DNA of 64,000 nt. It comes from Candidatus Nanohaloarchaea archaeon (GTDB lineage: Archaea; Nanohalarchaeota; Nanosalinia; Nanosalinales; Nanosalinaceae). Numbering within the stretch: position 1 is the first letter of the stretch; each line of letters opens with the position of its first letter. The position numbers and the translations under genes are program-made. The notes under the pieces were generated by a model. The model searched no databases, had not been told where the DNA came from, and was given only the letters and a program-made list of their open reading frames with translations. Shown here one piece after another: positions 57,881 through 64,000 of this stretch. The stretch spans positions 160,001 through 224,000 of the forward strand of contig JACOQA010000001.1 in assembly GCA_014297435.1 (NCBI GenBank), given 5' to 3'.

Positions 57881-58087
57881 ATGAGTTTGTTACACGCAGC
57901 AATCGGTTTTTTCGCCGGAACATTCGTAGGTCTTGGGCTATCAGTGCTCTACATTAGGTGGAAAATAAGGTCCCAGCTCGGCGCCATGCAGCAGCAGATG
58001 GACTCGATGTTTGAAGCAACAGAAGCGATGAACGATTCTTTTGATGATATCGAGGAAGCTGATTTTGAAGAAAAAGAAGAGGAGTAG
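57881..58087 (+). CDS. small single-TM protein with acidic tail
   Basis: 68 aa. Confidence 0.65.
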   Translation: MSLLHAAIGFFAGTFVGLGLSVLYIRWKIRSQLGAMQQQMDSMFEATEAMNDSFDDIEEADFEEKEEE

Positions 58088-58091
58088 AGAG

Positions 58092-58325
58092 CTATTCCAT
58101 CTCCGATATCTTGTAGCCGAACCAGATCTGGTAGAGACCTGAAAGCCCTACAAGCAGGTAAACTGTTGCCTCAAGCGTCCCTTCCATAACGTCTCCAAAC
58201 AGCATGGCTACAAGGTTCCAGTTGCTCTCGAAGAAGTATCCTAGGCCGATAAGACCCCAGTTCAAGGCACCTATAATCACAAGGGTCAGGGTTGCCCAGT
58301 CTAGGAAGTTCAAGTTTCTATTCAT
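58092..58325 (-). CDS. DUF378 membrane protein
   Basis: LVIIGALNWGLIG, NLVAMLFG, VYLLVGLSGLY. Confidence 0.92.
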   Translation of the reverse strand: MNRNLNFLDWATLTLVIIGALNWGLIGLGYFFESNWNLVAMLFGDVMEGTLEATVYLLVGLSGLYQIWFGYKISEME

Positions 58326-58390
58326 AAAGTTTGATCACCTGTGAGGTTTTCCTACTTCCCGAGTTATAAGCAACGCTGTACTCTATCTAA

Positions 58391-58753
58391 CTATTTCCCG
58401 TTTTCAAGTCTTTCAGCGGTCTTCTCCATCTCATCAGAGATTGAGTGAAGCTGCTCGATGAAAGCCTCTGTCTTCGCATTGTACTGCTCGTCGATCTCAA
58501 TGTTTCTCAACGATTTACGTACATGAGCCTCTTTTACCTTCGCCATCATCTCTGCATCGTCCATAGTCTGGTCGATAATCTCGTCCAGAAGCTCGGAGAG
58601 AACACAGTTTATGACGTGTGGAACATCTCCGTCTAGTGTCTGTTCCTCGTCCATGTTTTCTCTTAGAAGTCGTGCGATCCTCCCCTCAGATAATGCAAGA
58701 TCGGAGTTTTCCAGCTGACCGTAGTTGTCAGGTACAAGCTTCTCTAAATTCAT
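58391..58753 (-). CDS. histone-fold-like protein with C-terminal helical extension
   Basis: LSEGRIARLLR / long central helix / KVKEAHVRKSL matches histone-fold spacing. Confidence 0.6.
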   Translation of the reverse strand: MNLEKLVPDNYGQLENSDLALSEGRIARLLRENMDEEQTLDGDVPHVINCVLSELLDEIIDQTMDDAEMMAKVKEAHVRKSLRNIEIDEQYNAKTEAFIEQLHSISDEMEKTAERLENGK

Positions 58754-58776
58754 AGAACTGTATGGAGAAGAAAAAT

Positions 58777-59220
58777 TTAAACGGGTTCAGTCTTGAATCC
58801 ACCGTTCCCGTTTCTCCAGTTCTTCTCATTCCTCTCCAAAGGATCTGCTATTATCTCATCATCAGTCATTTCATAACACTCAAGTATAAAGTCGGCTCTA
58901 ACGTCTGTATAATTTTCGTAGACCTCCTTCGCCGATTCCCGAACATCTTGAGCTTTAACACCATCTCTGGGAGATTCAAGGTGATCGGAGACATCTTTAA
59001 GCTTATTAATTATACTACTTAGTTGTCTCATTCTTTCCTCTGTCGCAATAAGTGTTTCAGCCGCTTTATCGGTTTCCTCGCAGTACTGTCCTGTTTCAAC
59101 TCCTGTCGTCTCCTTGTACTGTTCCAAGGTATCAAGATATGTGTTGAAGACATGTTCTGCGATACCGAGTTCGGCTTTTGCTGTCTCAACTTTGCTGTAT
59201 AGCTCTGAGATGTCCGTCAA
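58777..59220 (-). CDS. helical hypothetical protein
   Basis: 147 aa acidic ORF, TTG start. Confidence 0.6.
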   Translation of the reverse strand: MTDISELYSKVETAKAELGIAEHVFNTYLDTLEQYKETTGVETGQYCEETDKAAETLIATEERMRQLSSIINKLKDVSDHLESPRDGVKAQDVRESAKEVYENYTDVRADFILECYEMTDDEIIADPLERNEKNWRNGNGGFKTEPV

Positions 59221-59288
59221 GTGTAGGACCCTTCGAAGTCTTGGTTTGGATCAAGTTAAATAATTTAGGGCGAAAAGTCAGGTTACAA

Positions 59289-59363
59289 GCCCGAATGGTG
59301 TAGTCTGGCCAATCATTTTGCCCTCTCGAGGCAAAGACCCGAGTTCAAATCTCGGTTCGGGCA
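59289..59363 (+). tRNA. tRNA-Glu(CTC), no encoded CCA
   Basis: GCCCGAA/TTCGGGC acceptor, TTGCC-CT-CTC-GA-GGCAA arm, GTTCAAATC. Confidence 0.96.
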
Positions 59364-59463
59364 TGGTTCATATAGTTAAACACTCTCCGGTTATAGTTTC
59401 TAAACTTTATGCTCCTGGCAGCTTCCTAGAAATGAAAAGAAAAAGATTTGATGCGGATTTCTG

Positions 59464-60393
59464 TTAACCCTCAAATAGTTCGTTGATTTCGTCCCTGTGT
59501 CTCTTGGTCTCGAATGTTCCTGTTCCGGCAGTTTTCTGAATCTCTTTCTTATTCATATCGGTCTCGTTTTCCAGTATTACCGATGATACGATTCTAGGAT
59601 CTTTGCCAGAGATTGTGAGGTTCATTAGATCTTCCTCATAATCGTCCGGAACTCTTTCTGAAAGTATCTCTGCTGTTTTTTCAGCACCTAGCCCGTCTTC
59701 GCCATACATCAGGTCTTGAATCTGTCGGTTCGGCACAAATGAAACGCCCTCCTCTTTCAGACCTTCATCATTCACGAAAAACTCTATTGCTTGAGAAGTC
59801 TTCTTAGGCTCAGAAGACGAAGCAATTTTGTCCGCAAACACTCCGGAATGTTTTTCAATAGCCTTAGCAGCCTCTTTAGGTTTATTGCTACTGTAAATTT
59901 CGTCTCTAAATTCTTCCCCGGCTATTTCTTCTGCTTCAAGGTATTTTTCTACTCTTGAAGCATTTCTAGCTACGCGGGAGTTACTTGCGTTGAAAACTTC
60001 TGCAGCTTCGTCAGGCGTGTTTTCCGTCAAAACACTGTAGATTCCTGCAGTATATGTTTTTGCTTTCCCGCCGTCTTCTTCGATATGGTTGTCGATTAAG
60101 GTATGGAATTTTTCAGGAACTAATGCCTTATATCCTTCTACAACGTCTGAATTATCTTCGCCGTAGCCTAGTGCTTCACCTGTTTCTCTTACTGTTACTG
60201 GAGTTACTCCTGCCTTATCAGCAGCCTCCTTCTGATTTAGGTCTTCTTCATAGTGTAGCACGGCACCAATAGCTCCGGAGGCTTTTCTACCTGAAGCCAC
60301 AGCATCGTATACTTCTTGCTCATAGCCTTCGGGTATGTTTTCTAACGTCTCGTCTGGTATCAACTGTCGAACCTTGTTTTCATCTAGACCCAT
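59464..60393 (-). CDS. protein with repeated TFB/TFIIB-like cyclin-HTH motifs
   Basis: SGRKASGAIGAVL..NQKEAADKAGVTPVTVRE plus two weaker repeats. Confidence 0.6.
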   Translation of the reverse strand: MGLDENKVRQLIPDETLENIPEGYEQEVYDAVASGRKASGAIGAVLHYEEDLNQKEAADKAGVTPVTVRETGEALGYGEDNSDVVEGYKALVPEKFHTLIDNHIEEDGGKAKTYTAGIYSVLTENTPDEAAEVFNASNSRVARNASRVEKYLEAEEIAGEEFRDEIYSSNKPKEAAKAIEKHSGVFADKIASSSEPKKTSQAIEFFVNDEGLKEEGVSFVPNRQIQDLMYGEDGLGAEKTAEILSERVPDDYEEDLMNLTISGKDPRIVSSVILENETDMNKKEIQKTAGTGTFETKRHRDEINELFEG

Positions 60394-60464
60394 GATAATT
60401 ACTCTACCGTAACAAAAATTTATAAATTCTTTTTCAGAAGTAGAAGAGAAAAAATGAGTCAATT

Positions 60465-62066
60465 CTAGTCTTTTTTCTCAAACCTCACTGACTGGTTTTC
60501 TCCAATCTCTATCTTGTTTACTAATTCTCCGTTCTCCATAACGACTACGTTCCATACTCCTTCAGTTGTTTCTCCTGAGGTCTGGTTGCCTTCTGTTGGT
60601 GTTCCGTTCTCAACTTCTTCGTTCTGTAGGAAGTCAATGATCTGCTGATCTGTTTCAGCGTTTATGACGTCGCCGCTCTGTGCATTGACGAATGAGGTAA
60701 ATGCTATTCCGGCGGAGTCAAGCGGAACCACTCTGACCTGCCAGTAGAGCTGGTCGTTAACAACCACGGGGATTGGCTCTGAAGGTTTGAAACCGGTTTG
60801 AACGTTTTCGCTGGAGCTTGATATGTCCGCCCAGTTCACCTTCGAGTTCGCCTTCCTTACGTAGTTGGTTGCTTTGTTTGCTCCTAGAAGCGCCTCACTT
60901 CTGTTAAGCTTTAGTACGGAGTAGTCTCCGGTATCTGCATCGATCGTCCAGATCTGGAAGAGTCCCTGAGCGTTTCCGTAAGGTTCGGCTGCTACGAAAA
61001 GTTTCACGCCTTCTTGTGTCAGGATCGTGAACGGCTGATCGTTTCCTACCCCTGGAACTCCAGCAACTTCCAACTGATCTCTGTGCGTAAACCAGGCGTT
61101 GATAATACCGTTCTTGTAAGCTAAAGAACTTACCTTCTTTTTCGCTAGGTCGTAAGGATAGAGTCTCTGGTCTTGAAGCACTTCGTTCTGTCTTGCTTCT
61201 TCAGGTTCCAGAAAGTCGATGTTTCCTTCAGGGTTTACCAGTGCGACTCCAGACCAGTCAGGTGTCGTGTAGAATATTGGCGAGTCGAAGTGGAACTCGT
61301 AGTCCTTGTAAGGAACTGCGATGTAGGTCTTTCCATCGTGTTCGATGTTGATAGGATCTTCGTACTTAACCCAGTACTTCTCTTTCTTCAAACGCCACAT
61401 CACGTTGTCGGTTACTCCCATTCCAAGTCCTGCTTCCATTTCGTCCTCCGTGTAGCTGATTCTCTTGTTCTGGGTTGTCATGTCTACGAAGGTTGCTCCT
61501 TTCTGCTCCAACGCAAAGTAGTTGTAGAGTCCGTCAGGTTTTTTCGGCATCGACCAGTAAGGCGTTCCGTTATCCGAGATAGAGATATCTGCGTCGCCTA
61601 AAGTATATCTAGGTGTTTGGAGAGAGTTTGATGCGTACTCCTCTGCAACCGATTTAGGTAGGACGCGTGGTCTCTGCGGGTCGATATCCGGCAAACTCTG
61701 CAATTTGTTAGCGTTATCCTGAACTTCTCCTGCGAGTTCCTCCATCTCAAAAGCGTTTGAGAGAGGCATTCCAAATACTAGTAGAGGCACTAGTAGTACT
61801 GAGATCCCTAGAAGCCATACGTTGGCTCTTCCTGCATCGAACTGTTCTTCGGAGTCAAGTGCTTGTAGTTTTTCAGCAAGAGTCTTTCCTGCTATCGCAA
61901 CTCCGAGTACTGTTAGACCAGCTACCTGCAGCAGATACGGGTTTGAATATATGCCGATCAGCATGCCATGTAGCCATGGTCTGAAGAAGTAGGTCAGACC
62001 TCCGAGGATAATTATTGGTGTTAGCAAACCGATTATTTTTCCGGCTTCAAGCTCTTTTAGTTTCAT
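60465..62066 (-). CDS. membrane protein, 3 TM plus large extracytoplasmic domain
   Basis: 533 aa; N-terminal TM helices then beta/aromatic-rich domain. Confidence 0.75.
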   Translation of the reverse strand: MKLKELEAGKIIGLLTPIIILGGLTYFFRPWLHGMLIGIYSNPYLLQVAGLTVLGVAIAGKTLAEKLQALDSEEQFDAGRANVWLLGISVLLVPLLVFGMPLSNAFEMEELAGEVQDNANKLQSLPDIDPQRPRVLPKSVAEEYASNSLQTPRYTLGDADISISDNGTPYWSMPKKPDGLYNYFALEQKGATFVDMTTQNKRISYTEDEMEAGLGMGVTDNVMWRLKKEKYWVKYEDPINIEHDGKTYIAVPYKDYEFHFDSPIFYTTPDWSGVALVNPEGNIDFLEPEEARQNEVLQDQRLYPYDLAKKKVSSLAYKNGIINAWFTHRDQLEVAGVPGVGNDQPFTILTQEGVKLFVAAEPYGNAQGLFQIWTIDADTGDYSVLKLNRSEALLGANKATNYVRKANSKVNWADISSSSENVQTGFKPSEPIPVVVNDQLYWQVRVVPLDSAGIAFTSFVNAQSGDVINAETDQQIIDFLQNEEVENGTPTEGNQTSGETTEGVWNVVVMENGELVNKIEIGENQSVRFEKKD

Positions 62067-62139
62067 ACCTAGTTATTGTAGGTAAGGATGTTTTATTCTT
62101 CCGGAAAGATTATTGAACTTATCAGTTCATTCATGAGTT

Positions 62140-62898
62140 ATGATTCTTGACAAGATACTTTTTAGCACATCAATCTACTTCCAGACAATAAGGTTTGGAG
62201 CTGCTTTTATCCTCGGAATGTTGTTCACGCGGGCGGTGCTGATGCCTGTCTCCGGACGGCTTTTCTCTAAAAGACCGGGCAAGAAAGCAGAGCACTCCGC
62301 AGAAAACATAACAGGGCTTCTAGGCATATTCGTAACTGTAGTTCTATCTTTACAGGTAGGAGGGTTCGGTAACCTTCTGACACTTGTAGGAACTATAGCA
62401 GCTGCGGCAACAGTAGCTATCGGATTCGGTATGAGAGATCAAGTTTCTAGTGTGATCGCAGGATTCTTCCTCTACACAGACAATCCGTTCCTCAGAGGCG
62501 ACTACATCAAGGTAAACGAAACAGAGGGAAGAGTGAAAGAAATTAATTTGAGGACAACAGTTCTCAACGGTCATAACTCGGAAAAACAGATAGTTCCAAA
62601 CAGCATCCTGACTACAAACAACGTCAAGAACTTTACGAAAGCCGAGAGAACCAAGCTAAGCCTTGAGTTTAAAGGAGAAGCTTCGGAAGAATTCGAGCAG
62701 AAAATCCTTGACATAATTAAAGAGGAGGAAGAGATTCTTGGAAGACCTGAACCTGAAATTGTCTATACAGGTTTAGATGATGGAAAACCTGTTATGCAGG
62801 TTCATTCCTGGGTAAAAGAATCCGCTGACTACAGAAAAATACGTTCAAACGTTTACAGAAAAATCGCCCCACTTATCGAAGATAAAGAAGAGGAGTAG
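62140..62898 (+). CDS. mscS: small-conductance mechanosensitive channel
   Basis: AIGFGMRDQVSSVIAG, PFLRGDYI, GRVKEINLRTT, VPNS. Confidence 0.92.
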   Translation: MILDKILFSTSIYFQTIRFGAAFILGMLFTRAVLMPVSGRLFSKRPGKKAEHSAENITGLLGIFVTVVLSLQVGGFGNLLTLVGTIAAAATVAIGFGMRDQVSSVIAGFFLYTDNPFLRGDYIKVNETEGRVKEINLRTTVLNGHNSEKQIVPNSILTTNNVKNFTKAERTKLSLEFKGEASEEFEQKILDIIKEEEEILGRPEPEIVYTGLDDGKPVMQVHSWVKESADYRKIRSNVYRKIAPLIEDKEEE

Positions 62899-62929
62899 TC
62901 TTTAACCCTGTCAATGAACATGTTTAGGT

Positions 62930-63478
62930 ATGAGTCTGGAGAAAGCAAGTTTCGGAATGGGATGTTTCTGGAGTCCTGAAGCCTTATTTGGATCGACCAA
63001 AGGCGTTAAGAGGACTAAAGTAGGTTACTCGGGAGGCGAAAAGGATGATCCCGACTACCACCACTTAGGAAGACACACAGAAACCGTTCAGATAGAGTTT
63101 GATCCTGAGATAATCTCTTACGATGAACTTCTCGAGATATTCTGGGGCAACCATGATTTCGGTGAGAAAAGGAAGGATCAGTACCGTTCTGTAATATTTT
63201 TCCACTCCGAATCTCAGAGGAAGAAGGCTGAAGGATCGATGAGAGAGAATACAGAGACAGATCTGGAGCCGATGACTGTTTTCTACGATGCGGAGAACTA
63301 CCACCAAAAGTTTAGACTAAGGCATTCTCCTTTGGCAGACTTCTTTGATAGTCCTGAGGAGATCAAGAGTTCGGAACTGGCTGCTAGATTAAACGCATTT
63401 GCGGGGGGAAAACTCACCAAGAAAGAGCTGGACGAATTAATCGAGTTGCCTGCCGAGATAGCTCAGAAGCTTGACTGA
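62930..63478 (+). CDS. msrA: peptide methionine sulfoxide reductase MsrA
   Basis: GCFW, VGYSGG, HTETVQ, QYRSVIF, AENYHQK. Confidence 0.95.
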   Translation: MSLEKASFGMGCFWSPEALFGSTKGVKRTKVGYSGGEKDDPDYHHLGRHTETVQIEFDPEIISYDELLEIFWGNHDFGEKRKDQYRSVIFFHSESQRKKAEGSMRENTETDLEPMTVFYDAENYHQKFRLRHSPLADFFDSPEEIKSSELAARLNAFAGGKLTKKELDELIELPAEIAQKLD

Positions 63479-63514
63479 AAACCTATATACATAGGTTCGT
63501 CTCAATTCTAGACT

Positions 63515-64000
63515 GTGAAACGCATAGAGGTCACAATTCCCAAGAAGAATGAACAGGACGTCTTGGAAGTACTGGAGGATCGTGATCATACCGCAACGGT
63601 CATAGAGGCTGAAAAAGACGGTGAAGATATTGTCAGATGTGAATTTGTACAGGACTCGGCTGAAGTCGACGAGGTAATACAGGATCTAAAAGACATTAAG
63701 GAGATTGATTCAGGCGATCTTACGGTAGAGCTTATAGAGCAAAAGGCCTACGTTGAGAAAGGTAAAAGAAGGAAAGGCGGAAGTTCCTCTATCTCTGCGA
63801 ATGAAATGTATTCGAAGGCTTTTGATTTCTCCAGTTTTGACGTTAAGTCCTGGTCTTTGATCGGTCTGGCATCCGCAATAGCGGTTATGGGGCTTGCTGC
63901 CGAGAACTTAATCGTTGTTATAGGCGCTATGGTTATTGCTCCGATGCTAGGTCCTTTTATGTCAAGCTCTTTCGGACTTGTTATTGGGGACAGAAAGATA
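63515..64000 (+). CDS. TIGR00341/DUF389 family membrane protein, 3' truncated by window
   Basis: GTG start, MKRIEVTIP.., IAVMGL..VVIGAMVIAPMLGP. Confidence 0.85.
   Translation, partial: MKRIEVTIPKKNEQDVLEVLEDRDHTATVIEAEKDGEDIVRCEFVQDSAEVDEVIQDLKDIKEIDSGDLTVELIEQKAYVEKGKRRKGGSSSISANEMYSKAFDFSSFDVKSWSLIGLASAIAVMGLAAENLIVVIGAMVIAPMLGPFMSSSFGLVIGDRKI

Noticed and set aside
56867-59363. Genes between two tRNAs as an integrated element
   Set aside because: No integrase, no duplicated tRNA 3' end seen, and conserved DUF502/DUF378 genes inside
249-63307. Many ORF-track entries antisense to identified genes (e.g. 424-843, 3500-3922, 6881-7450, 37510-38034)
   Set aside because: Ser/Phe-rich shadows of acidic genes on the opposite strand
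1-64000. CRISPR array, rRNA, SRP RNA or RNase P RNA
   Set aside because: No regularly spaced repeats and no sufficiently long GC-rich non-coding stretch

Overview
Gene-dense archaeal chromosomal segment with an acidic proteome, short spacers, many apparently leaderless genes and overlapping convergent stops. Gene content and style point to a halophilic DPANN archaeon, most likely Nanohaloarchaeota (inference, no database search). Most of it is housekeeping: a translation/RNA-modification superoperon (S19e, PDCD5-like, L39e, aIF6, LX, pfdA, ftsY, srp54, pus10, L21e, rpoF, DUF655, ksgA, pyrG, hemK), thrS, trm56, rnz, trm11, rpp21, mat, nop5/fibrillarin, a SUF Fe-S set, XPD, nreA, mscS, msrA and three tRNAs (Gly-TCC, Ala-CGC, Glu-CTC). 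No CRISPR array, rRNA, integrase or intact transposase was seen. Best leads: (1) a probable glycolipid synthase cluster (MGS-like and DGS-like GT4, GT2, flippase-like, DUF2070) in a lineage thought to take lipids from its host; (2) a protein with three TFB-like cyclin/HTH repeats and no Zn ribbon, near an acidic histone-fold protein; (3) two apparently dead enzymes in an operon between srp54 and ftsY; (4) a Nop5 lacking its fibrillarin-binding N-domain; (5) an orphan IS200/IS605 right end/omega-RNA-like remnant. All family calls come from motif recognition by eye.
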